Source of the DNA: Bacteroidota bacterium
GTDB lineage: Bacteria > Bacteroidota > Bacteroidia > NS11-12g > UBA955
Direction of reading: 5' to 3'
DNA: 64,000 nt
NCBI GenBank assembly: GCA_005798825.1
Contig: SYIL01000035.1
Span: forward strand, 12,338-76,337
The translations under genes and the position numbers were made by a program. Shown here one piece after another: positions 11,192 to 20,402 of the stretch. The notes below the pieces were generated by a model. It did not search any database. It was not told the origin of the DNA and was given only the letters and a program-made list of their open reading frames with translations. The first letter of the stretch is position 1. Every line of letters starts with the position of its first letter.

Positions 11192-12364
11192 ATGCTCTCA
11201 ATACCAAAAATGTCTGTCGTATGGTTATGTCTTTTTTTTTCGAAATTACCTGCACAATCATTTGAGGGCAAAACAATAAAATCTTCCACCATATCTGCAA
11301 AAAATATCAGTGCATTTGAACTGTACAACGCCAAGGGTAAAAAAATTTCCTACGCCCAACTTCTCAAATCATTGAAAGCAAAAATTACATCCCATTCACA
11401 GACGAGTACCGTTTTACTGTTTGGCGAATTACACGACAATCCGATTGTTCATTGGCTTCAAATTCAAATAAGTTCTGATTTGTACCGTATCAACAGCAAT
11501 ATGGTTTTGGGTGCAGAAATGTTCGAAACAAACCAGCAGATGGCGTTGGATGAATACCTCCATCCCAGCGACTCAGGCCAAGCCACCGAAAAAATAATGA
11601 ATCCCATGGGATCCATGACTGGAGATGATCCTGCCTATACCACATTGAAAAAATCCATAAAGTTATGGCCAAATTATAAAACTGATTACGCCCCATTATT
11701 GAATTTTGCCAAAGAAAATGGCCTGCCATTTATTGCCACCAACATTCCCCGTAAATATGCAAATTTGGTATACCGCGGCGACTTCAAAGCTTTAGACACG
11801 CTTCCGCCGGATCAAAAAAAACTATTTCCAAACCTGCCGATATACTACGATAGCACCCTGCGCTGTTACAAAGATATATTTATGGCTACAGGCGGGCATG
11901 GTGGACAAAATTTGCCTAAAAGTCAGGCTATCAAAGATGCTACCATGGCATGGAAAATATGGTCGAATCTTCCCCAGCCCAGCTATGGCATTCCAAAAAT
12001 TTCTTCTGAATCTTCCAATGTATCAGCAAGCCATCCTCTTCATCTTCATCTTCACCTTCACCTTCGTCGCGGTGGAGCTTCGGATCCGAGTAACCAAAAA
12101 AAATCAAATACTGTCGTTGGTGGGATATTCATCCACTATAATGGCACCTATCATTCCGACCACTATGAAAGTATTTCGTGGTATTTGCGCAAGGAAGAAG
12201 AAGCAAGAAATGCGGTCATTGTTTGTAAAGAAATACCCAAACCAATCCACATAATAACCATTGCTTCTCGCCTACAAGACGCGGTGAAACCCTTGGAAAA
12301 AGAAAATATAAACATCGCCGATTTTATTATTGTTATTCCTACCAACATGACTCGCACCTATTGA
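11192..12364 (+). CDS. ChaN-family (haem-binding/TraB-Tiki superfamily) secreted protein with a (His-Leu)5 insert
   Basis: A signal peptide is present (MLSIPKMSVVWLCLFFSKLPAQS). The ChaN-like LLFGELHDNPIVHW motif is present. An in-frame repeat encodes HPLHLHLHLHLRR. The ORF track start at 11129 is a TTG. The ATG at 11192 or 11210 is more plausible. A T9 tract lies in the signal-peptide codons (about 11232-11240). Confidence 0.5.
   Translation: MLSIPKMSVVWLCLFFSKLPAQSFEGKTIKSSTISAKNISAFELYNAKGKKISYAQLLKSLKAKITSHSQTSTVLLFGELHDNPIVHWLQIQISSDLYRINSNMVLGAEMFETNQQMALDEYLHPSDSGQATEKIMNPMGSMTGDDPAYTTLKKSIKLWPNYKTDYAPLLNFAKENGLPFIATNIPRKYANLVYRGDFKALDTLPPDQKKLFPNLPIYYDSTLRCYKDIFMATGGHGGQNLPKSQAIKDATMAWKIWSNLPQPSYGIPKISSESSNVSASHPLHLHLHLHLRRGGASDPSNQKKSNTVVGGIFIHYNGTYHSDHYESISWYLRKEEEARNAVIVCKEIPKPIHIITIASRLQDAVKPLEKENINIADFIIVIPTNMTRTY
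12035..12064 (+). repeat. Hexanucleotide (CTY-CAY)5 microsatellite encoding (Leu-His)5 inside the ChaN-like CDS
   Basis: The sequence reads ctt cat ctt cat ctt cac ctt cac ctt. The repeat is in frame, so a change in unit number keeps the frame. Confidence 0.8.
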
Positions 12365-12366
12365 TT

Positions 12367-12891
12367 ATGGCAGAAAATCTTAGTGACTCTTTCAAAACAA
12401 TAAAGGCCTTTGTATTCGATATCGACGGCGTACTTACCAATGGTCACGTATTAATAACAGAAGAAGGTCATATGCTTCGCAGCATGAATATAAAAGACGG
12501 TTATGCACTTCAACACGCCATTAAACAAGGGTATAATATTGGGATTATTTCGGGTGGGAAAGGAAGTGGCATTTTAGCACGACTGCAAGGATTGGGAATA
12601 ACAGACGTGTATTTGGGGCAAAGCCACAAAATGGAGGCCTTTGAAGAACTCCTTGCCAAATGGAATATAGGTGCCAGGGAAATCGCATATATGGGGGATG
12701 ACTACCCAGATCTACCTGTATTAAAAAAAGTGGGGTTGCCATGCAGCCCTGCAGATGCTTGCCAAGAAGTGCTGGAAATCGCGCACTATATTTCAACTTC
12801 AAATGGGGGAATGGGTTGTGTGCGCGAACTCATCGAAAAAGTAATGAAATTGCAAAATACCTGGAATAATTCCGATTCTACAACCTGGTAA
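12367..12891 (+). CDS. kdsC: 3-deoxy-D-manno-octulosonate 8-phosphate phosphatase KdsC (HAD superfamily)
   Basis: The HAD motif I is present (FVFDIDGVLTNG) and the size is about 175 aa. The ORF-track start is a TTG at 12361. The first ATG is at 12367. Confidence 0.75.
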   Translation: MAENLSDSFKTIKAFVFDIDGVLTNGHVLITEEGHMLRSMNIKDGYALQHAIKQGYNIGIISGGKGSGILARLQGLGITDVYLGQSHKMEAFEELLAKWNIGAREIAYMGDDYPDLPVLKKVGLPCSPADACQEVLEIAHYISTSNGGMGCVRELIEKVMKLQNTWNNSDSTTW

Positions 12892-13075
12892 TCGAACGCG
12901 GAAAATAGTTTATCATCAACTCCAACCGGGAGATTCAGTTCTCTGCCAATTCGGTGAGACACACCCATTCAGATTGCAGCATAAGACACAAAACATCGAA
13001 AAAAATATCCACTTGGAAAATCTAGTCCCCGAAAAATCAAACAAATAGACCCCCGTCCCGTTATATTTGTACTTA

Positions 13076-13735
13076 ATGATTGCATCCCAATTCATAATTG
13101 AACATTTGTGCCCCCTTCGCACAACAGACTCTGTAGAAGCCGCTCTGCTTTTCATGATTGAACAAGGCGTTACCGAACTCCCGATTGTTGAACAGAAACA
13201 ATTATACAATTATGCACGACTGTCTCAACTTGGAACTTTACCCAAAACACAAAAATTATACGAATCCATTCCAAAAAACCCCTTTCCCCCTGCTGCTAAA
13301 ACCAACAACCATGTATACGAAATTTTACCCGTGTTGGCTGCCAATGACTTGTCTCTTCTGGCAGTGATTGATGAAAAGGGACAATTTTTGGGTATCATCG
13401 AACAAAAAAGTATCAACAAACACATTGCAGAAAGTTTCACTTATCGTGGTATGGGTGCCATTTTGGTTCTCTTAATGCACGATCGCGATTTCGCACCCTC
13501 TACATTGGCTAGATGGATAGAAGAGAATGGCGCGAAAATACTCGGAATCATGATTAATCATACTTCGGATGGACAGTTGCGAATCAATATCAAACTCAAT
13601 AGTATACAAGTAAAAGCAATACTGGCAACCTTGCACCGACAAAAAATTGTGGTTGAACATGTTTTCCTGGCTGAAGACCACGATGAAAATGACAAAAAAG
13701 CCTTTGATATTGCTTTTAAATTTTTTGATATCTAG
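13076..13735 (+). CDS. CBS-domain pair protein, function unknown
   Basis: CBS-like segments are present (LSLLAVIDEKGQFLGIIEQKSI, ILGIMINHTSDGQLRINIKL). The ORF-track start at 13067 is a TTG. Confidence 0.4.
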   Translation: MIASQFIIEHLCPLRTTDSVEAALLFMIEQGVTELPIVEQKQLYNYARLSQLGTLPKTQKLYESIPKNPFPPAAKTNNHVYEILPVLAANDLSLLAVIDEKGQFLGIIEQKSINKHIAESFTYRGMGAILVLLMHDRDFAPSTLARWIEENGAKILGIMINHTSDGQLRINIKLNSIQVKAILATLHRQKIVVEHVFLAEDHDENDKKAFDIAFKFFDI

Positions 13736-13794
13736 ACAAATTAAACGTTTTTTGAAGCAACTAAATTTTTAACGATTTACAATCGTAGAATAGG

Positions 13795-13802
13795 TAATTT
13801 TG
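13795..13802 (+). promoter_or_regulatory. Candidate -7 element TAATTTTG upstream of the wzz-like gene
   Basis: The motif matches TAnnTTTG. It lies 10 nt before the ATG at 13813. Confidence 0.3.
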
Positions 13803-13812
13803 AACTTCGAAC

Positions 13813-14880
13813 ATGAAAGAAATGATGCCATCAAACCCCATAAGTAAGCCCAAAAATCTCATTTCAGAAGAAACCATAAAACCGCTCAATTTAACAGATG
13901 TTATCAATTTTTTCTGGCGTTGGCGAAAACTACTGATTGTTTCGTGTAGCATCGCAGCTGCGCTGGCGTTTGTTGTAACCATGCCCTTCATTACCCAGCC
14001 TAAATACCAGGCTACCCATATATTTTACCCCACCAAAAACAATTCTATTTCCGAAGCCTTGCTATCTGATATCCACCAGAGCAAAAAAGACCCCCTCGAA
14101 TTTGGGGAAGAAGAAGAAGCTGAAAAGGCGATGCAAATTTTACTTTCTGCTGATTTAACCAGCAGATTGGTAAGGAATTTTAATTTATACAAACACTATA
14201 ATATAAATTCAAACACAGAGAAATATCCAAAAACCGCATTGCAATACAAATTAAAAGACAATTTTAGTGTCACCCGCACAAGGTACCTCAGTGTTAAAAT
14301 TGAAGTGCTTGATGAAAATCCCCAAATGGCCGCAGATTTGGCCAACGGAATGGCAATTTTGTTTGATTCTATTAAAACTGAAATCCAAAACCAAATTGCG
14401 ATTCCTGCATTAAAAATTGTTGAACGGGCCTTGCAGGCAAAGCGCGACAAAATCCAAAACACAAAAGACCAGATGCGCAAATTGGGTGAAGAAGGCATTA
14501 CCAATTACGAAGAACAAAGTAGGGCATTGGCAGAAGAAATTTATAAAGCACAATCGAGTGGAAAAACTACACAAATGAATTCACTTTTAGACCAGCAAAA
14601 AACACTTGTTCGAAGTGGTGGAGATTTTGTGGCATTGCAAGAATTAATCAAATTAGAAGAGGAAAAAGAAAGTGATTTAATCGCTCAATATGAAAGGCGT
14701 GTCGTCGATGTAAATGAAAAAATGTCGCATAAAATGACCATTGAGGCAGCATCAAAACCCGAAATAAAATTTTGGCCCAAACGGGGTTTTGTAATGATCA
14801 TTTCTGTTTTGTCTACACTGCTGGCCACCTCTCTGGTGCTTGTCACGATCGAAATTTTCCGGAAACAACCCGGCGCATAA
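13813..14880 (+). CDS. Polysaccharide chain-length determinant (Wzz/PCP-like) protein
   Basis: An N-terminal TM helix follows FFWRWRK. There is a long coiled-coil periplasmic region and a C-terminal TM helix (GFVMIISVLSTLLATSLVLV). The size is 355 aa. Confidence 0.5.
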   Translation: MKEMMPSNPISKPKNLISEETIKPLNLTDVINFFWRWRKLLIVSCSIAAALAFVVTMPFITQPKYQATHIFYPTKNNSISEALLSDIHQSKKDPLEFGEEEEAEKAMQILLSADLTSRLVRNFNLYKHYNINSNTEKYPKTALQYKLKDNFSVTRTRYLSVKIEVLDENPQMAADLANGMAILFDSIKTEIQNQIAIPALKIVERALQAKRDKIQNTKDQMRKLGEEGITNYEEQSRALAEEIYKAQSSGKTTQMNSLLDQQKTLVRSGGDFVALQELIKLEEEKESDLIAQYERRVVDVNEKMSHKMTIEAASKPEIKFWPKRGFVMIISVLSTLLATSLVLVTIEIFRKQPGA

Positions 14881-14883
14881 ATT

Positions 14884-16356
14884 GTGCTAAACCCACACGC
14901 AATACCCAATCTACAATCGCGTTTTGCGGTAATCGCATGTGTTCTTCTCATTGTTATTTTTTCAGTTTTCGCGACCTTGTTTGAATTGTATTATCTCCTG
15001 TTTATTCCCTTGGTGCTTGGTCTACTTTTATTAATTTTCTTTTATACAGAACGCAGTCTGCTTTTCTTCGGAGCTCTTGCCCCATTGAGTATTAATTTTG
15101 ATGATATCGGGGGAGGATTTGGAATTTCACTCCCCACTGAACCTCTTTACACTCTTTTGTTTGTATTTTTAATTTTTCGTTGGCTTCTTCATCCCGAATT
15201 TGATCGAACAATACTCCTTCATCCCATCAGTATTTGCCTTCTGATTTACCTGGGCTTAATGTGGATTTCGACAATATTCAGCACAATGCCAATGGTAAGT
15301 CTCAAGTTTGCATTGGCCCGAACCTGTTACATTGTTTTGTTCTATTTCTGTACTTTACGTATTTTTTCGTCCTTCAAAAACATCCATTGGTTTTTTAAAG
15401 CCTTTGCATTTACAACACTTTTACTGGTAATTTTTACCCTATCCAAACACGCTGCAGATGGATTTGTTCGCAGCAGCAGCTACAGTATTTCATGGCCTTT
15501 CTTTCCAGACCATGGTATGTATGCAGCAGCCATTGCGTTTGCGGTATCTATTTTGGTTGTATACAGCTTTGCAGGCCGCCATTTCGGTATTCCCTTACTC
15601 TCATCACCTGCAATAATTTTTCTTTTAACCATTTTGGTGTTTGGTGTTGTCGTGAGTTATACCCGCGCAACCTGGCTAAGCTTGGTTATTGCCTTGGTGG
15701 TTTTTGGTGCCCTAACCGTAAGGCTTCAATTTAAATTAATCGCCCTATTGTTATTTGTAACGGCAATATATGGTATTGCTGAGCAAGACAAAATCATGTT
15801 TAATTTGGAAGGCAATAAGCAAGGAAGCAGTGATGACATTGAAGGCCACGTAAAATCTGCATCCAATGTTACCACTGATCCAAGCAATATGGAACGCATC
15901 AATCGTTGGAAGTGTGCTGCGAGAATGGTTGCAGAGCACCCTTGGTCTGGATTTGGACCTGGCACGTATGTATTTCAATATTCGCCATTCCAAAAGAGCA
16001 ATGAACTTACACTCATTAGCACATTTAGAGGCGATATGGGTGATGCACACAGCGAATATTTTTCTGCGATGAGCGAAATTGGATTCCCTGGTCTTATTGC
16101 CTGGCTTGGATTTGTACTTTCGACATTGGCCATCGGGTTTCGGGTTTATTATGCACACCAAATTGGTAAAATCCGTTACACAGTCTTGATTGCAATGCTG
16201 GGACTTATTACCTACTATGTGCATGGATTCTTAAACAACTACAGCCAATACGATAAAATTGCTGTTCCTTTGTGGACGTTCACGGCAGTCATTGCTGCAC
16301 TGGATATTTACCACAAAGAACCCCTCGACAATGTACGAGAAACTCAAAAAAAGTAA
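14884..16356 (+). CDS. O-antigen ligase/polymerase family (Wzy_C domain) integral membrane protein
   Basis: Roughly 12 predicted TM helices. A periplasmic loop carries the motif GDMGDAHSEYFSAMSEIGFPG, which is typical of WaaL/Wzy_C. The start is a GTG at 14884 and is uncertain. Confidence 0.6.
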   Translation: MLNPHAIPNLQSRFAVIACVLLIVIFSVFATLFELYYLLFIPLVLGLLLLIFFYTERSLLFFGALAPLSINFDDIGGGFGISLPTEPLYTLLFVFLIFRWLLHPEFDRTILLHPISICLLIYLGLMWISTIFSTMPMVSLKFALARTCYIVLFYFCTLRIFSSFKNIHWFFKAFAFTTLLLVIFTLSKHAADGFVRSSSYSISWPFFPDHGMYAAAIAFAVSILVVYSFAGRHFGIPLLSSPAIIFLLTILVFGVVVSYTRATWLSLVIALVVFGALTVRLQFKLIALLLFVTAIYGIAEQDKIMFNLEGNKQGSSDDIEGHVKSASNVTTDPSNMERINRWKCAARMVAEHPWSGFGPGTYVFQYSPFQKSNELTLISTFRGDMGDAHSEYFSAMSEIGFPGLIAWLGFVLSTLAIGFRVYYAHQIGKIRYTVLIAMLGLITYYVHGFLNNYSQYDKIAVPLWTFTAVIAALDIYHKEPLDNVRETQKK

Positions 16357-17386
16357 ATTGTTTATTTCTGGAGCCTCCCTCTGCCTGGTTTTGGTTGTTG
16401 TGGGTATTTTGGGATATTCCATTACCATTGACAAATCACCAAATGCCAACCAAATCGTTCCAGAATGGTCTAATCTTGGGCCTGGGAGCACGGTGTATTT
16501 TCGAAATGAAATCCAAGTTGCTCACGAATCAAATGACCCTGCAATAGTCGAGTCAGAACCCGTGAATGCTGAAAATTTTACCACTACTCCCCCCTATTTA
16601 TACTGGGCTTTAGGGAATCCCAATTTACCAAAAATTCACGCTTTGGAAAATACAAAAAAACAGAATATTCGCAATCAAACACCAGGCTCTACCGATACAT
16701 CAATACAAAGTAGGACTTTCTGGCTTGGCAGTGACCAATTTGGGCGAGATATTCTCAGTAGAATGATAATAGGTGCGCGAATTAGCCTATCCATTGGATT
16801 CTTGGCCATGCTTATATCCTTGATTATTGGAATTGCAGTGGGCATTATTGCAGGTTATTTTGGAGGAAAAACGGATGCATTCTTATCTTGGCTAATCACT
16901 GTGTTTTGGTCGGTACCTACTTTGCTTATTGCCTTAGGCCTTAGCATGGTGTTGGGCAAAGGCTATTACCAGGTTTTGCTTGCAACCGCATTGAGCACAT
17001 GGGTAGAAGTGGCAAGGGTTGTTCGCGGACAAACGCTTCAAATCAAACAACGCGAATTTGTTCTGGCAGCCAAAATAACGGGATTCTCCCATACACGAAT
17101 CATGCTGAAGCATATTTTGCCAAACTTGAAAGGCTCTCTCACTGTTTTGGCAACAACCAATTTTGCATCGGCTATATTGTTAGAAGCAGGTTTGGGATTC
17201 TTGGGACTCGGTGTCGCACCGCCAACTCCTTCCTGGGGCTTGATGGTGAAAGAAAATTTGGGTTATTTGGTGCTTGACAATAGCTATTTGGCACTGATTC
17301 CAGGAATCGCCATTATGATTCTTGTAATGGCTTTTAATTTAATGTCAATGGGACTTCGCGATGCTCTAGACCCTTACAAGGAGTAA
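16331..17386 (+). CDS. ABC transporter permease, OppC/DppC family (orphan)
   Basis: The binding-protein-dependent transport signature is present (EAGLGFLGLGVAPPTPSWG, LRDALDP). The N-terminus MYEKLKKSKLFISGASLCLVLV is typical. The ORF track starts earlier (16259) and overlaps the previous gene. No cognate ATPase, second permease or binding protein is present nearby. Confidence 0.7.
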   Translation: MYEKLKKSKLFISGASLCLVLVVVGILGYSITIDKSPNANQIVPEWSNLGPGSTVYFRNEIQVAHESNDPAIVESEPVNAENFTTTPPYLYWALGNPNLPKIHALENTKKQNIRNQTPGSTDTSIQSRTFWLGSDQFGRDILSRMIIGARISLSIGFLAMLISLIIGIAVGIIAGYFGGKTDAFLSWLITVFWSVPTLLIALGLSMVLGKGYYQVLLATALSTWVEVARVVRGQTLQIKQREFVLAAKITGFSHTRIMLKHILPNLKGSLTVLATTNFASAILLEAGLGFLGLGVAPPTPSWGLMVKENLGYLVLDNSYLALIPGIAIMILVMAFNLMSMGLRDALDPYKE

Positions 17387-17410
17387 ATGATATTCTTCGT
17401 TTTATACCTA

Positions 17411-20143
17411 CTATCTTGCTTGAATCACCAAGGGAATAGGATAATATCGGGAACTGCCATTAACCATAAGATAATACAACCCTGGATTAAGTTTTAATGG
17501 GACAATGAGCACATCGTTTAGGGCATTTCCCTTGTCAACAATGCGCCCCAAAGGATCAATCCATGTGAAAGAGGCATTCCCCAGTCCCCTCAAAAATACG
17601 CTCGAACCGATTGTTGATGGATTTGGATAGGCCCGAATTTGTTGCCTTGTGATATCTTCGACTGCGGTATGGTCTACCATAACTGAGATATCGGCTGTGT
17701 CTTTGCATCCGTTGCTATTGCTCGTGGTCACTAAACGAACCATATATTGTCCTGCATTGCTGTATTGGTGTACGCCTGGCAGACCTGTTTTCTTGGTTCC
17801 GTCGCCCCAATCCCAGTCAAAACTGAGACCTGCAGTAGAAATGGGCACACAATTGAGTTTGTGTTGCCATAATAAATTCCAAGTAAAACCGGCCGCAGGT
17901 CGGGGTTTTACCTTTAATTCCAATAGTTTACGCTTGCCAAAACATGCCTTGTTTTCAGTTTCATAATACACTTTTCGACTGCTCAGCACCATGCCCAAAT
18001 TAAAAGTAGAACCAATATATAAAGGTTCTGTTGCAAGGGTATCTTCATACCAATATACTTTGCCAAAAGGAATTGTAACTTTCATGATACCCAGTCCCTT
18101 AGCGCATACAGGAATTGCTTCTGTAGATAATGGTATAGGAATTTCATTTACTATCACCGCAACACTATCAAAACTCCCAGCAAAACATGCCCCTTCAGAA
18201 GACTTGTAATAGACAAACTGTTGACCCTTTAATCCACCCAAAACTGGTGTTTTACCACTGTAAAAAGGTGTTTTGTCTGTTTTTTTCATATACCAATGTA
18301 ATTTGCCCCAGTTGGTTGATCCAAAGAGTCTTGCCGAATCATCAGAGCACGCTGTATCGCCTTCTGCACCAAATACTTCAGGAAAATCAAATGTATTTAT
18401 TTTAATTGCCGATCGGCCACTTCCACATATTCCATTCCAAGACTCAACATACACATAGTTTTCTCCACGTTTATCCCCTTTGAATGAATATTGATTCCCT
18501 TTTGCCACCGAAGTTCCTCCTGTAGCATCGAGAAACCATCGCAATGTATCATTGCCATTGGACTTAGCAATCAAGGTGACTGTATTGTTACCTCCCCTTG
18601 CACACACAAACGTATCCGAAGGGACTTTGGGTGCACTGGGCGCAAAACTGGATCCAACAAACGCTTTAACCTGCTTTGGACCACCCGCAAAATAACAACC
18701 ATTATTATTGGCGATAACATAAAATTGCGTATCCTTACTGAGCTTGCCTGTTTGTAATACAGACCCTGTATGCACCAAATTTCCCCCTGTGGCTTGGTCA
18801 TACCAGTACAATTTTCCAAAATTTGTATTTGCCTGTAAATTGGCGGTTGCTCCCGCGCAAATTGAATCATTTTTAATTGTAAATTGAGTAGGATAATTAT
18901 TGACTGAAAATGCCACTGTTAACCAACCCGATTCACAGGTGTTATTGACTGCCTTAACATAAAATGTGTCGTTTTTTTGAACATTGTAAATCGTGTATTT
19001 ATTTCCTTCAAAGAAGGGCTTTGGATCTCCAATTTTAGCAAACCATTGCAATTTGGCCTGTGCATCCGATGTGACAATGATTGAAACAGTATCGCCAATG
19101 CACCCTTTGGCTGAATCGTATAGACTGGGAGTACTGGGTTTGAAATAAATGGTTTGTAGCGACGTATCAGCACATTGAATTCGGTTCGCAAAATACGGAG
19201 GTCCTGAATATCCGTAAAGGGTTGAAATTAAGCGAACAGGTATGTTTTTTCGTGTTTTGGGTTTGAATTTCCCATCCACGGCGTTGAGATAGGTGGAATT
19301 GTCAAACATCCACAGATGACTAAATCTCTCAACATTGGCATATACATAATAATTATAAAATATGCTACCACTCACGTTTTTCTTATTCTGGTTCGCAAAA
19401 TACAGGGTATCTGAATTGGCATAACAATTCTGTGTAAAGGAAAAATCAGCCCCCAATTTATAACCAACAAATGGATACATCTGCATATGGCTATTGAATA
19501 AAACACCACCGATATTTAAACTCAAGCACCGATACCATTTGCCACTTACCGAGCCAACACATAGGTTGCGTTTCTTACCATCACCATTGGCCCAAGAATT
19601 TGAAACCACCGCCGCCAAAGCACTTGTACTATCAGATTCGACGACAATAATATAGGGGGTGGTAACTGAAACCGCTTTGCCAAAATCTGCATTGAGCACA
19701 ATACGACTCAAGGGTATAGTGCTTCCCATAACAGTATCTACAGTAATCGTATCGCTGGCCAATGGAGATCCGCTGGGCAATGAGTCGGCACCTGCCTTGT
19801 ATAAATTACAAATAATGTTTATTTTCAAAGAGCGCGCAGGGGTTGGGGGAACCGAAAAACCAAAAAAACGAAACCCCGATACTGTCATTGATGAAGGCGC
19901 ATCAAAGAATTGGCCCAAGGAACTCCCTTTTTTAATTGTAATGCTGTTGTATGCTGTTGTACCAGAAGATGGAAAATACGAGGTGTCTGCACCGCATTTT
20001 GTAGGTTTAGAAGCGCTCCTGTTTTCTACAGATTTTTTGGTTAGTTGAGGAATATCTGAAACTATTGTTCTACCCCCTTCCATAAGTTGCGCTTGTAGGG
20101 GTAATAGCCATAAAACAACTCCCAAGAGAACAAAATTTTTCAT
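17411..20143 (-). CDS. Large secreted protein with a PKD domain and a T9SS C-terminal sorting domain
   Basis: A signal peptide is present (MKNFVLLGVVLWLLPLQAQ). The PKD signature is present (WDWGDGT...HQYSNAGQYMVRLV). A roughly 75-aa C-terminal domain beginning YPNP is typical of T9SS cargo. Internal repeated modules are present (WYDQATGG, WFLDATGG, WYEDTLATE). Confidence 0.6.
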   Translation of the reverse strand: MKNFVLLGVVLWLLPLQAQLMEGGRTIVSDIPQLTKKSVENRSASKPTKCGADTSYFPSSGTTAYNSITIKKGSSLGQFFDAPSSMTVSGFRFFGFSVPPTPARSLKINIICNLYKAGADSLPSGSPLASDTITVDTVMGSTIPLSRIVLNADFGKAVSVTTPYIIVVESDSTSALAAVVSNSWANGDGKKRNLCVGSVSGKWYRCLSLNIGGVLFNSHMQMYPFVGYKLGADFSFTQNCYANSDTLYFANQNKKNVSGSIFYNYYVYANVERFSHLWMFDNSTYLNAVDGKFKPKTRKNIPVRLISTLYGYSGPPYFANRIQCADTSLQTIYFKPSTPSLYDSAKGCIGDTVSIIVTSDAQAKLQWFAKIGDPKPFFEGNKYTIYNVQKNDTFYVKAVNNTCESGWLTVAFSVNNYPTQFTIKNDSICAGATANLQANTNFGKLYWYDQATGGNLVHTGSVLQTGKLSKDTQFYVIANNNGCYFAGGPKQVKAFVGSSFAPSAPKVPSDTFVCARGGNNTVTLIAKSNGNDTLRWFLDATGGTSVAKGNQYSFKGDKRGENYVYVESWNGICGSGRSAIKINTFDFPEVFGAEGDTACSDDSARLFGSTNWGKLHWYMKKTDKTPFYSGKTPVLGGLKGQQFVYYKSSEGACFAGSFDSVAVIVNEIPIPLSTEAIPVCAKGLGIMKVTIPFGKVYWYEDTLATEPLYIGSTFNLGMVLSSRKVYYETENKACFGKRKLLELKVKPRPAAGFTWNLLWQHKLNCVPISTAGLSFDWDWGDGTKKTGLPGVHQYSNAGQYMVRLVTTSNSNGCKDTADISVMVDHTAVEDITRQQIRAYPNPSTIGSSVFLRGLGNASFTWIDPLGRIVDKGNALNDVLIVPLKLNPGLYYLMVNGSSRYYPIPLVIQAR

Positions 20144-20377
20144 ACAAATTCAATCCGGTATACGCTATGTAAATTAACATATTAATAATCAAATTGTCAA
20201 ATAATTGTGCAATACGTTTCTTACACAGTTAAACTACTATCCTTGTATGGTTTTGGGCGGACTAATTGAAATTGAAGCAGCATTTGGTCGATTTTTGTGG
20301 AGAATACCTCCTTATTATTATCCCTCATTGTCAAAAACACCCCCTTGAAGACATATATGGATTAGCAATAAATCATG

Positions 20378-20385
20378 TATTTTTG
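20378..20385 (+). promoter_or_regulatory. Candidate -7 element TATTTTTG upstream of fabI
   Basis: The motif matches TAnnTTTG. It lies 17 nt before the ATG at 20403. Confidence 0.3.
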
Positions 20386-20402
20386 TGATCACCATACAAA
20401 CC

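Noticed and set aside
16259-16330. Earlier start of the OppC-like gene as given by the ORF track
   Set aside because: It would create a 98-nt overlap with the O-antigen-ligase-like gene and an atypical N-terminus. The ATG at 16331 gives the canonical MYEKLKK...hydrophobic helix start.
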